64,000 bases of DNA from Octopus vulgaris. Taxonomy: Eukaryota. Below are positions 38,935 through 56,778 of this stretch, piece after piece (the first letter of the stretch is position 1; the number at the start of each line of letters is the position of its first letter). The stretch lies in NCBI GenBank assembly GCA_951406725.2, contig OX597816.1:94116001-94180000 (forward strand). The letters are read 5' to 3'. The notes under the pieces were generated by a model. It made no database searches and had not been told where the DNA came from. It saw only the letters and a program-made list of their open reading frames with translations. A program made the position numbers and the translations under genes.

Positions 38935-39365
38935 TGTGATTAAAACTCGCAGCTTATATTGCTGGATATGATGGAAAATGTCAGCTGTCCACAGCCAGTA
39001 GACTAAGGTGACATTTGTTTACTGGTCATGCTTCAAGAACCTTGCGAAGAATTCTTGCAGTTCCAAGTAATGCTGATATTTGTAGGTGTTCTACCCTCAC
39101 ACTTGCACCAATCGTTTTTAGCCATGTTAGTAGATGAGTGTTGATTCTTCCAAGTGCATCAATTACTATTGGTATCATGTCTACTCTCTTCATTGACCAC
39201 AGCTTTCGTATTTCTCACTTCTAATTGTCATAGCTATTTATTTTTTCTTCTTTCACACTGATCCTGTTGTCACCGCAGCATGCTATGTCGATTATCATGC
39301 ATGTTCTTTCTTTTTTATTCACCACTACAATATCCGGTTTCCGATGTCTGGTCAGGTGATCACAC
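38935..39365 (-). mobile_element. R4/Dong-like non-LTR element 3' end (restriction-like endonuclease) followed by (TAA)n
   Basis: HRKPDIVVVNKKERTCMIIDIA...EEKKINSY...IPIVIDALG...LQISALLGTARILRKVLEA*. Confidence 0.8.
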
Positions 39366-39997
39366 TGCCGCTACGTTCTGAATTCAACATCCGCCGAGGT
39401 CGACTTCGCTTTTCATCCTTTCGAGATCGATAAATTAAGTATCAGTTGCGTTCTGGGGTCGATCTAATTGACTGGCCCCCTCCCCACAAATTTCGGGCTT
39501 TGTGTCTATAGTAGAAAGGATTATGGACATTTAATATATATTTTGAAACAAGATTACTTCTGAGTCAATTAATACTTCTAGGTATTCTCAGCCTCATCAT
39601 CTGAATGAATTAGTAGTTACAATAATCATATGAACTAGCGGGACCCGTGAATATTTCACAGAATTAATGGTAAACTTACTGGGCTATTTCTGAAAACTTT
39701 ATCCAAAAAACATGAAAGCGTAGCCTGATAATCTGATAATCACTGAAAAGTGAAAGTAATTGGAATATGATGATTACTTCATGCACTTTATATATACAGC
39801 TTATATAATTCATGTACAATTCTATAGACTTAATACATAGCACTACCCCTCTTTCTCTCTCCTCCTTCATCTTACCATCTTTTTCTCTCTCCTTTTTCGT
39901 TCGCTCTTCGCCTTTCCCGTCAACTAATCACCTGAAAGCGTTACAGACGGGCTAAGTAACGGAGGAGAAAAAAAAACATAGTTAAGAAAAAATATAC

Positions 39998-40558
39998 ACT
40001 TTAATTAAGCAAGCAAACAACTAATTACCTAATTGATTAAGCAAGAAAGCTACTAATTACTTAATTAAGCACGCAAGCAACTAATTTGTTAACTAACTGA
40101 TTAAGCAAGCAAACAACAAATTAAATAACTTATTAATCAAGCATACAAACCACTAATTACTTAACTAATTGATTAGGCAAGCATACAACTAATTAGTTAA
40201 CTAAATTATTAAGCAAGTAAGCAACTGATTACTTAATTAACTAACTTATTACGCAAGCAAGCAACTAATTAATTAAGCAAGCAAACAACTATTTAACTAA
40301 ATAATTAAGCAACCTACTTATTAAACTAATTCAGCAAGCCACTAGTTAATTTAATAATTCATTAAGTAAGCAACTAATTAATTAACTAATTAACTAACCA
40401 ATTAATTATACAAGCAACTAATTAACTAATTTAGCTTGGAAGCAACTAATTAATTTAGCTGGGACGCATCAAATTAATTAAGCAAGCAACTAATTATATA
40501 ATTAACCAAGTAAGCAACTAATAAATTAACTATTTTATTAAACTACTAATTAACTAAA
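39998..40558. repeat. Degenerate AT-rich minisatellite built from TTAATTAAGCAAGCAACTAA modules
   Basis: Many imperfect aagcaagcaactaattacttaatt units with a strong strand bias. Confidence 0.85.
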
Positions 40559-41074
40559 GTGAAAGAAATTGGAATACGATGATTACGTAATGCACTTCAT
40601 GTACAATTTTATAGACTTGATACTCATCGCTCATAAAATAGATATTCGCTCTTATTTTCCCATTTTCTCCATAAACAGAAGAATTTACATTTTTCTCAAA
40701 AATGCCCATTCTCTCTGCCCCACCCTGTGCAACGTCTCGGTTAGAGACACGTTGTCATTTCACTCTACCGATTCAACTGCTCATCAGAAATACCTTGCTG
40801 ATTGCCACCCCGCTTTCAAGCTCATGCAAACTCTTGCTTCTGACTCATTCTGTTTCTTCTTTGAGACTTCGCACTAACCACAATACTCAACCCTTCCTCC
40901 CTTTGTAGGGCATCAAACGTATGGAATTTCCTTCCCTACTCATGTGTTTCTTAGAAATGCTTACCCGGAATTTTTTCAATGGAACATCTGTCACGTCAGT
41001 CTGACCAGCTACCGAGGAACTGACAAGCCTACCGAGAAACTAACAATTGCTTAGTATTTCCCGTCCTTTCTAAC

Positions 41075-41520
41075 TAACAGCATAATGAGTACAGAGAACG
41101 CCATGATGACATTGCACAATGGTTTGACGGGAAGATGTGCAGGAGGTATGTGTTAGAGTGTAAGGCAAGTGGTAAGAACACCAAACTTTGCCAGTCGCAG
41201 AAAACGATCTGGTGAAACTCTGGCGGAGTATAATTGCCTATACTGAAAGAAGATGCAATATAATCGACCAGATATTACTCTCCTACGGAAAGCAAAAAAA
41301 AAAAAAAAAAAAATTAGATCTTCATTGATATAGCAGTACCTGCAAATCAGAACATTGCAGAGAAAGAAAATGAATAAGCTGAAAGGTATCTAGACCAGGC
41401 ATTTGAAGTGGAGTACATGTACAGAGACTCAAGAACGAATGTATTACCTACCCAACATGACTGGTGCATTCGAAAATAACACTAAAACCAAGAATTCGTT
41501 GAAGGTACACAATTGGTGGT
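41075..41520 (+). mobile_element. Degenerate RLE-type (R4-like) non-LTR fragment
   Basis: Remnants YRERHDDIA, NRPDITL, DIAVPANQNIAEKENE..ERY.D. Confidence 0.6.
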
Positions 41521-42174
41521 CACACTCAAAACAGCGTCCATGTTGTGAAAAGTGTTGCCTCTCTAAAGGGCGGGACAACATGATACAGGTAACTGAAAAC
41601 GTCAAAACTCGAGAGAATTGCCATAAAAACAATAATTGCTTGTAACGGAGATATAAAGCCAGAAATTCGAGGCAGGGTCAGTTGAGTATGTCGATCGCAG
41701 TTCTTAACTAGTAATTTATCTTATCGGCCTCGGAAGAAGCAGAAAAGGCCACCTTAACATCGGGGGGATTTGAACTCAGAGAGTAAAACACGGAGCAATT
41801 GCCACAAGACATTTTAGCCAACGCTCTAACGATGCTATCAATGGAAACATCTCATGGCCTGAGCACAAGACCAAAGTATAGATTTATGGACACATTTCTA
41901 CTATGGTTACTCAACACAGGATAGGCTTGATGATCACAGCTCTCATCTTGAACACAAAGTCAAACTTTGGAAACTTCTGCACCGTGCGGCGCACAAAGAA
42001 CGTCACTCAGCTACATTGATGTTACTAGTAGTGACATAACATGAAATTGAGGACCCACCAAAGCTAATAGGGATGGAGAGAGTTCTGAGATTCTTGGTGC
42101 AGTGTATTGAAAGGCATCTTGATTGAGGGTTGCTTGAAGAAAAAACATGTATTTGTAGGGGCAAAATGGTGGTG

Positions 42175-42242
<68 letters not shown>

Positions 42243-42479
42243 TTTCCCATTTTAACTTTTTCTTTTTCAAAAATCTCTTTGGATTCCTATAACGAATTTT
42301 TCTTTAAAAAAAAAAGGCATTTTAAAATTTTAATTTACATCCCATCAACAAGCTATTTTGGTTTTAAATCCCTTACTTCCTTTTATTCTCTTGATTTACT
42401 GGTTATTTTTGTAAAGATATGGTGATTAAAATTACTAGAGAAAGCAAGAAATGCTTTTTTAAAACTTCAGTCTCTTACC

Positions 42480-42850
42480 ACATAGCCAAGCTGTTTGGTA
42501 AGAGATTGAAGTTTTGCTTCACAGCTTAATGGCTCTGTGTTCAGTCCCACTCAGTGGCACCTTGGGCAACTGTCTTCTATTATAACTTCGGACCGACCAT
42601 AGCCTTGTGAGTGAAATTAGTAGGCGGAAACTGAAAGAAGCCTGGCGTGTATACACACACACACGTGTATATGTGTTTGTCCCCCACTACCGCTTAATAA
42701 CCAGTGTTGTGTGTTTACGTCCCCGTAACTTAGCAGAGACGGATAGATAAGTTTAAAAAAGAAGTCGATTCATTCGACTAAAAATCCTTCAAGGCGGTGC
42801 CCCAGCATGGTCGCACTTTAATGACTGAAAAGGTACGGAATAAAAGACAA
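42480..42850 (+). mobile_element. SINE family C (ggttcagtcccact..ggcaccttgggcaa..ccttgtgagtgga..ggaaactgaaagaagcc); partial copies at 4318-4486(-), 6615-6745(-), 8895-9034(-), 9108-9260(+), 23402-23552(+)
   Basis: Recurrent homologous unit with tRNA-like head and internal (TA/CA)n. Confidence 0.75.
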
Positions 42851-42937
42851 AGCCGATCGCTAGCCATAATTTTCCACTTAAATATTGTGATCGTTAACAG
42901 AAAGAATACTTTCTTTTAGATATATATTTATTGATAA

Positions 42938-43155
42938 GACGGCGAGCTGGCAGGAACGTTAGCACGCCGGGCGAAATGCGTAACCGTATTTCGTCTGTCG
43001 TTATGTTCCGAGTACAAATTCCGATGAGGTCGACTTTGCCTTTCATCCTTTCGGGGTTGATAAATTAAGTACCAGTTACGCACTGGGGTCGATGTAATCG
43101 ACTTAATTCCTTTGTCTGTCCTTGTTTAGCCCCTTGTGGGTACTAAAGAAATATA
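42938..43155 (+). mobile_element. SINE family A copy
   Basis: Full head-to-tail match to the reverse complement of 20794-21026. Confidence 0.85.
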
Positions 43156-43199
43156 TATATTCAATGAAATTAGCAACTGTTGGAAGAGTATTAGGGATG

Positions 43200-44620
43200 G
43201 CCCAAACGGTTTGAGGGTCTATGTCTGCGCAAGTGTTCGTCTCTATCTCTACCCTGTTTTCTTTCCCCCATCCATGCTTGCTCCCCTTAGGTAGGCAATA
43301 TCCTCTCCTCTCCAACAGGGAGATAGATGAAGCTCTATTACAGAGGCGAGAGCTGGGTTTGTCAGTTCCTGTTACAGCTGAGGATAGACGGAAACAGAGA
43401 GTATGGGACAATCTGCGTTCAGGTGCCACTTTCAACTTTCTCTTCGATCAATCTGATCAATTTTCAAGGTGTCGCCTACTTCCAGCTAGTGCAAAATTCT
43501 CGGGTGTCTGGACTGATGCTCTACCGTTGGCCTACCAACCTGTGGTCCGCAAAGGTAGAATGGGGTGGGGTCTGTCAGCATGTTAAGCTGACAGGCCTTT
43601 CAATATCCCGGGGTCCATGGGAAAACTCATTTAAATAAAAGGGATCCTTGGTTGTGAAAAGATTGGGAACCACTGGTCTAGAGGAACTCTGCATCTCCAT
43701 CGCACTCAAAGTAGGAGCTGGCGTTTATAAGGTACTGAGACCACTGTGGTTGGCCCCTTGACCCCACAGGTGTTCACGGTCTGTCTTGCCGCCTAAATGC
43801 TGGTCGCTTCGTTCGTTAAACCGAGCTAAACCTAATCATTAAGTGGGCCCTCGCTCGGATTAATATCCCTTCCGTTCTGGAGCCGATGGAATTATCCAGA
43901 AGTGATGGAAAGAGATCAGATGGTCTTACCCTCTTTTACTCACTCCCACATCTTGGATAGTGGAGGCGCAATGGCACAGTGGTTAGGGCAGCGGACTCGC
44001 GGTCATAGGATCGCGGTTTCGATTCCCAGACCGGGCGTTGTGAGTGTTTATTGAGCGAAAACACCTAAAGCTCCACGAGGCTCCGGCAGGGGATGGTGGT
44101 GATCCCTGCTGTACTCTTTCACCACAACTTTCTCTCACTCTTACTTCCTGTTTCTGTTGTACCTGTATTTCAAAGGGCCGACCTTGTCACTCTCTGTGTC
44201 ACGCTGAATATCCCTGAGAACTACGTTAAGGGTACACGTGTCTGTGGAGTGCTCAGCCACTTACACGTTAATTTCACGAGTAGGCTGTTCCGTTGATTCG
44301 GATCAACCGGAACCCTATGTCGTCGTAACCGACGGAGTGCTTCCATCCATCCACATCTTGGATGCTCCAGTAAATAAGAGGGTCACTGCTTCCGTAGCCG
44401 AACAGAGGAAAACCCTGAAGTACTGAGACCTGACAGTGAACTATCTCCTCCGACCTGTGACGTTTGAGACGTTCGGAGGGACTGGACCACTAACCGCGAA
44501 GTTCTTGTCGTCGTTGGCAGTTCACCATACCGAGGTGTCAGGTAGTAATGCCGCGAGCGTGCTGGCTTGCGTCAGTAGCTTCTGTTGAACCTTGTGGTGT
44601 ACGATCAGTTGAGGCGCTTG
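43200..44620 (+). mobile_element. Decayed CRE-like (RLE) non-LTR element C-terminus, interrupted by a hAT MITE and SINE B
   Basis: SRCRLL..SAKFSGVW.DALP; D..GVHGLSC; IPSVLEP..LSRSDGKRSDGLTL; AEQRKTLKY.DL...PVTFETFGG.GP; NAASVLA. Confidence 0.65.
43959..44350 (+). mobile_element. tRNA-derived SINE family B (~390 bp, tRNA-Arg-like head) with 13-bp TSD
   Basis: A-box tggcacagtgg, B-box-like ggtttcgattccc; TSD ccacatcttggat at 43946-43958 and 44351-44363. Confidence 0.9.
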
Positions 44621-45049
44621 GTGCTGCTTGTTGTTCTTTTTTTTTCTCCTCTTTCTTCCCTACAAATAGTTTCACTAGGTTTAGCAGAAAGATTTGGAAG
44701 AATTAGAAGAAAGTTCTCCGGTAATTTTCTTTCCTGTAGATAAATGTTTATGTTAATTTAAGAATTTGCCAGCAAAATCTTATAAAATGACAATGTTCTA
44801 AATGATGTCTCTTGCAAAACATTGGATGACCGGCGAATTTTTATGAGAAAGATGTAAGGATCTGTTCAACCGACAACGTTGTACAACAGTTTATTTTTGT
44901 TGAACAAGTAATATACGAAATATTAAGCATAATAACGAATAGAGATATTTCATGGTAACAATATAAATTAACACGAATAAAATTATTCTGATGCGTAAGC
45001 AATTATTTTCAAGTAATAAATAATAACGATAAGACTGCAACAGTCACTT

Positions 45050-45120
45050 GCATCGGTGGTTCAGTGGTAGAATGCTCGCCTGCCACGCGGGCGGCCCGGG
45101 TTCGATTCCCGGCCGATGCA
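45050..45120 (+). tRNA. tRNA-Gly (GCC)
   Basis: GCATCGG acceptor stem pairs with CCGATGC-A; anticodon loop CT-GCC-AC; GGTTCGATTCC T-arm; downstream T5 terminator. Confidence 0.97.
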
Positions 45121-46159
45121 CTATAACTTTTTGTTGAATAATATGTTTCTTTTTATTAGTTAGGGAAATAAAAAAAAACGAAAAAGCATTAACTCGAGAA
45201 ATCTACCATTCACGCCTGTTCCAATAAATTAATGGAAGGATAAATAATTAATAATATCAATATGTTGCTACGTTCTGAGTTCAAATTCCGCCAAGGTCGA
45301 CTTTGCCTCTTATCCTTTCGGGGGTCGATAAATTAAGTACCAGTTGCATACTGAGGTCGATCTAATCGATTGGCCCCCTCCTCCAAAATTTCGGGCCTTG
45401 TGCCTAGAGTAGAAAAGAATATCAACATGTAATACTACGATCGATGAGTAAGTCCTTTTGATTTTCAGCTATTGACAGTATACAGTTCAGCTAAGGTTGA
45501 CATTACAAACATTATATCTTTGACCTTCCCGTCCGCGTATTTTTGGTCTTTTTTCAGACGCATCGAGCGATCACATAGAGGTTCTCTCATTGATTCATGA
45601 TTACACACGTTGACAGCTCGCCTCATCGAGATATCAGGTGATGCTCGTGAGGGCCCCTGGCTTTCCCAACGCCTTAGCCTCGCCATCGCCCACTGTAATG
45701 CTGCGAGTGTGCTGGCTTACTTCAGTAGGTACCGTTAAACCTTGAGGTATGTGACCAGTTGCTGTGAAAAAAAAATCCCCACATATGGTTTCAATACAGT
45801 TTTAACAAAAAGATTTTGAAGAATTGGAAGAAAGATCTATCACACTTTCCACCCCTACTTTCTCTAAGTTCGAGAAAGTGGATCCAATGAAAGCGCCTCA
45901 ACATGGTCACTCGACCTGCTAGAAGTAGCAACAAAATATCTCCCCAAATCTCACACTTTAATTTATTTCATATAACAATTTGAAGGTAATGGCCTCGTTG
46001 CTTCCAGGTTTCCAACAGACAAATTACTGGCAGTTAGTGTGAAAAGAGTGCTTAATTGGATACCAAACAAATATTTCAAAGGGGTTTCGTAAAGTACCAG
46101 TTTTTTGCCGATGTTTTATTCTTCGCCAAAATTTCTTCAGCCAAATTCATCCACTAACC

Positions 46160-51328
<5,169 letters not shown>

Positions 51329-51529
51329 AAAAAGTTCTTGGCCTTGAGTAAAAGAAAATACACGAGGATCAGTTATAATTTTATTCAACATACTCCTCGC
51401 TCAGATTCATTCACTTATTAGCGCCCCTTTAGTTTTTCTAAGCCCGGTAAAAGAACTCAGAAGCCTGGACCTTCAACCAGACCTTTCACGACACCCTTAA
51501 AGTCAGGAACTTTTCAGCACCTCCTAGTA
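51329..51529. mobile_element. Mariner-like MITE with the left terminus replaced by the microsatellite
   Basis: aaaagttcttggc at left is the inverse of gtcaggaactttt in the right end gtcaggaacttttcagcacctcctagTA. Confidence 0.55.
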
Positions 51530-52571
51530 CATGCATTCCAAAAATTCTCCAGCACGCATATTTACAAACACCGGGAACTCTCTCAACTCAAAAACTCTTG
51601 TAGCTTTGCTAGCGACCGGCTTGAACTCTCCCAAGTACTTAAATAAAACTCAGAGAAAAATCATACTAAGTAAACTCCTCAAGAAATAACTCACTTCCCA
51701 ATGACCCCAAAATTATTGGATTGGGATAACCTCAACAAAAACCAGGAAGGGAAAAATCTCTACGAAGATGAAAATTTACAAAAGCAAATTTTACGATAAA
51801 TTATTATGAGTGAGATTTTAATATGAATACACACAACACAATCGGAGTAAAATTTGTAGATGTAAAGGGATAATGATCTCTACGTATGAAAGAATATTAA
51901 GATCACCAGGAAAAGAGAGAAGAAAATAGAAAACACGGGACGAATGAAGCCTTCGTTATTCGTGTTGAAACTCTTCGAAGGCAATTTGTTTCTACACGAT
52001 TTCTATATGATTTTTAAACTAACACCGAAGTCCATTTTATTTTAGACTTACACCGTAGACCTTTTTATTTTGCTTATAGTTAGCCTTTGAAATGTACTTC
52101 GGCTTTTTGTTTTATTTATTTACATCAAAAACTAATTTTCGGTCGTTTCTTTTGTTATCTAGTGATTATTTCTTTAAAAAAAAACACCAACAAAGTATTA
52201 TAGATATAATAAATGTCTGCTGTACTCAAATAGTTGCTTTTATGGCAATGAATTTATCGAAGCTCCCTTTAAAATGTTAATAAATAGTCAAGATATTTAG
52301 ATATTCTACCCACCATGTATTTTTAAATAATTAATAATGCCACCCTGCGCGCGTTGAGAGTAAAATTTAGGTGTAAGATTTTAAAGACTTAAGCAGTCAT
52401 AATATTCTCTTTTCAAAGTTTTAAAGAGTCATCAAAGGCGAAAATAGAGTTAGTTGATGCAACTAAAATTCAATAAGTACATGAACAAAAAAAAAACTTT
52501 CTTTCAAGTAACACAAAAGTAGACAAGATTCATATAGTTAAAATAAGGCATCTGACGTTATCTGCGCTATA

Positions 52572-52643
52572 GCCGTGATCGTCTAGTGGTTAGGACCCCA
52601 CGTTGTGGCCGTGGTAACCCAGGTTCGAATCCTGGTCACGGCA
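52572..52643 (+). tRNA. tRNA-His (GTG)
   Basis: GCCGTGA/TCACGGC-A acceptor stem; loop TT-GTG-GC; GGTTCGAATCC; downstream T runs. Confidence 0.97.
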
Positions 52644-53123
52644 GCGCAGTATAATTTTGTTTTTGTTTTTATTGTATGCATGATATTTTATGTGTATATA
52701 TATTATTCCCCATTTTACTCTAGAAATTTATCACTGCTTTGTAGAGGGGAATGCAGGAAGCGGCGAGTCGTTTAGGCGTCATTGTCGGTATCAAGTTGCA
52801 TGCTTCGAAAGCATTAAAAAGGAAACACAATAGTGCAGCATATGTGACTTATTTCATAATAATAGTAAAAGAAAACATTGAAGTGATTGCTATTGTAAAT
52901 ATCTGTACAATGTATTTAATCTTTTGATATATATATATATATTAAATATAACCATGAAATAATATGCCTACAAAGCTCTACTTGTTACTATGTATTCTTT
53001 CTAAATTCTGCTGTATCTTCTAAATATTTTTCTTTTCCTGGTTCTTCTCTTTTCGATTCCTCCCATCTATACATTTCCTTATTCCTTCCTTTCTTTTCTG
53101 TATTGTGTCTTTATCTCTCTCTC

Positions 53124-53179
<56 letters not shown>

Positions 53180-53629
53180 CTCCTCCTCCTCTCCCTTTCT
53201 TCATTTACGCCTCGTTCTCACACCGCTTTCACTCTCTATCACTTTCATTGCCGAATGTTAAATATTTTTAATGTTAAATTTTGAGTTGTAAGCGTTTATA
53301 TTTTATAATCTCGGTATTTACGAGCTTCTTTTTGACTAAATGTACAACTCCTATACATTAAAATCTTTTATCGCTCTGAAAAGCGATATACGGACACCAG
53401 TATAAAATCTCCGTGGCGAGCTAACAAGAGTTAGCGCGTCGGACAAAAATGCTTAGCGGCCTTTGTTCTGAAGTTCTGAGCTCAAATCCCGCTGAGATCA
53501 ACATTGGCCTTTCATTTTTTTCGGGGCTGATAAAATAAAAGTACCAGTCAAGTACCAAGGCTGATGCAGTCGACTTGCCCGCTCCCTCAGTAATGCTGGT
53601 TTGGTGTCAAATTAGAAAGAATTATAATT

Positions 53630-54420
53630 ATTGGGTAAAGAAGCTAACATAGCTGGTTCCCTGATCAATATAGATTAGTCAAAATTTTTCGATAGGGTCA
53701 ACCACCAACACTTGGCAGTTCTTCTCACGGCAGCTGGTTTCGATCTCGTCTTCTGCGGTTGGATTGCTGCAATGTATAGCGACATCTGTTAGGTGTTGAA
53801 CGTGAATGGCCATCTGTCAGAGCCATTCAAGTATTATACGCTTGGTCCATCAAGGATGTCTCTTCTCATCTCTTCCGTATGTACTGTTTTTTAGCCACTA
53901 TTGCTGAAATTAGAGACATTGAGAAACGTCCCGCACAAACTAGAACTGTATCGGCATACACGGACGATATCAACGACATAATTTTGGAAGTTAAGCACAT
54001 CGAGGTGATCGGCATTGTTCTAAGGAACAACGAAGCAGTGAATGGAGAAATATCAAATAAGAAAAGTCGGAGGTATCTAGAGAGGCAGGTTCATGCCAAC
54101 AACGTCGTAAGACGCCGGACGGTCCCACCGGTTAAATTGTGCGCAGTCTGGTTTGGTCCAAACTTCGAAGTGTAAAAGAACTGAGATATGGTGACGAGCA
54201 GGGTGTCCAATCTCATCCATAAATAGACCGAGAAAAAGCTATCTCTGAAAGGTCGGGCAGAGGTGGCGAATGCTTACATCGCCACCATCATATATTATCG
54301 CTTAACCCCAGTTCAGTCTCACTAAACTGGAGCGCCTGTTCTTATGCTTTCTATGGAAGGGACACGTTCCACTGGTCAGGCATTCTATTTGCCGTCAACA
54401 TCATTGTCAAACCCGCTTTT
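53630..54420 (+). mobile_element. Degenerate L1/Tx1-like RT fragment
   Basis: LINID.SKFFDRVNHQHL...GF...F.GWI..MYS, VNGHLSEPF, VHQGC, VSAYTDDI, LSLKGRAEVAN. Confidence 0.7.
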
Positions 54421-54659
54421 CTATGGCTCGTTTCTTTAACAGAGCTGCAGTCCGGACAAGAATAGATCGAGGCAAGGTACCAGGCTCTTATTGTCGTCAG
54501 TCGCCCTCAGCCCTCTACCTGTTGGGAAATGCGATCGGTGGAAGTTCCACTTTGGCATTCTATAGAGGGTAGTCACTGAGCATCGACGAGAATCAACTGG
54601 AACAGTTGAATTTACTACAACTGGATTTACCTACAACTTATGATGTCTGGAAAGTAGCC

Positions 54660-55365
54660 ATAAAGTGAAACTGAAAGCAGTAGGGCGAAAAGGAACCGTA
54701 AAAAGATCATATTTGATTTTAAACAATGTTTTACAACGGCTTAATGCGGAAAAAAAAGAACAGTCTCATTAGCAAAACATTAAAATTTGCAACATCTACA
54801 GTGAGAACAATACGTTGCAAACGAAAAAATAAATAAATAAAATGCTCAAGAAGTTATTCCATTAACCACTCGGAGCCTATTTTTTGATAGATCTAATGTG
54901 ATGCTTAAAATATAGGTTTTTAGATCAAGGATCAAACTCGACATAATGTGCCGGTTAAGTACAATAGTAATTAAGAAAGAAAAAAAGGCTAAAAGTTTGT
55001 ATGACGATTTTGCAAAAATAAGAAGTTGAAACTTCTATCGAAGAACAATTTCTAGTTAATCTGAAAAGTTTAAGAAGCGCTTGAATTTGTACAGCATAAA
55101 AATGACTGGTGAAGTACCGCTGCTGATACAGTGGCTACTACCATTTACCCATAATATACTACGTTGATGAACCTGCACTTTTCTGGAAGCGTATGCCTGC
55201 CAGAATCTTATTCCTTGGAATGAAAAATCAACTTCAAGATTCAAAGCTTTCAATAATCGACTGACGCTTCTTCTTGGAGGATATGCCCTGGTCATGTTAA
55301 ATTAAAGGACCTCCTTGTGTATCACTCCGAAAATCCAAGTGCTTTCAAGGACTATGGAAAATTTA
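54660..55365 (+). pseudogene. Tigger/pogo-family transposase remnant
   Basis: STVRTI, KAKSLYDD, FKKR.NLYSIKMTGE, VDE.ALFWKRMP, FKAFNNRLTLLLGG, LLVYHSENP.AFK, with multiple frameshifts. Confidence 0.75.
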
Positions 55366-56778
55366 ATCTACAATAAGAATAAACAATTTTTATTTGCACA
55401 AAGTCATTGGCGTAAGTTGTCAATTTGAAGCGTATTGTTTTCATTACTTTATCGGGTTTTATTCATGTTTCAAACATCGCCCAACGTGCGCCAACAATGT
55501 AAAATGTTTTCTTTTAATTCGTGCGTTATAATACAATAAAGAATACTTTGACATCTATATGGCATCAAAGATTAAAGAATTGCGATTTTCTGCGGTTACA
55601 CGTGTTAATCTAATACTATGTGGCTTTATACTCTTTTCCCCACTTTCGCACAATACGACTGTCTACACATTCAACTCTCTCTTTATTCACATTTGCTAAC
55701 CCTTGATCAGTTCAAAACGAATTTACGAGGGTGCTAAGGCTCGGCTTAAGGATCGGTGGTCTAAGATCACTACTAGATCTTAGGTCACTGCATATACACT
55801 TTCATGTACGACAGTTACTTTGTTCATTGTATAAGTAATATTTTATCTTCGCTGTTGATGAAGAATCATTGTTTAAATAAATTTGAGAGGTTTCGATAAT
55901 TTGTTGTGTATATAATACTCGCTTAAAAGCCGCACTCCGTGAGGACTTTTAAGGTAGCTCCTGCAGAGGACTTATTGGGCCTGGAGACAGCTAATTAGAA
56001 TGACTATAATACGTCTATAATGTCTATATGCTCCGGCGATGTTTGATCATAGGTTAAGGACGGATGAGAATTCTGTAATGCAAGCATTCTGTTGTTCCAG
56101 TCCCTATTGAATTCCAACTGTTGACCGTTTTGTCCCAAAGTTCTTATCCCGACGTAAAGTTAATGAAGCAAATGTTATTTATCTCCTTCTTGATTTCTGA
56201 CGTCATCTGACAAATGCCAACTAAGATGGCATGAATCAGCCAAGCTTTACCTGCTAGAAATAGCAACCCAAATGCTTTTAAGTCAGATCCCAATGCTGGA
56301 TGTTCAAGAATCAAATGAAAAGCAGATTTTCAATCCCGGGATTATCCTGATTCCAAAAAGCTATGTCTGTGTAGAACAAATGTAGACTGAGACACAGGGG
56401 TGCCGGACAGACAGAATTTCGTGTTTATTATTATAGATGATGGTATTTATTAAAGGATGTAGCTTGACAAGTACCTTAATCGATAGAACTCTGAAAAAAA
56501 AAATGGAAATGCGAACTAAGTAATTGTACGTATATTTCTTAAAGTCTCATTCTGTCATGTTGGTTCGTCAGCTTGAATATCTTCAGTAGTAAACTGTCTA
56601 TTCTTATAGAATTAGCAAAATGTCAGTTGAAAATAGATGACATAAAGCAGCAAACGACACACTGTGAAACAGGCAGATAATAAGCGTGGTGAACTGGAAA
56701 AAAAATTGAACACGAGATATATTTCAAGCAAAGAATGTGGTTGAGAATTCCTGTGGAAAATCATATTGAATATACATA

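Noticed and set aside
43959-44035. tRNA-like sequence as a fourth tRNA gene (also ~61895-61970)
   Set aside because: No proper acceptor stem; it continues into a SINE body and is flanked by TSDs.
56330-56440. Possible Helitron-like terminus (ggacagacagaatttcgtgtttattattatagat)
   Set aside because: Too short and no partner end identified in the window.
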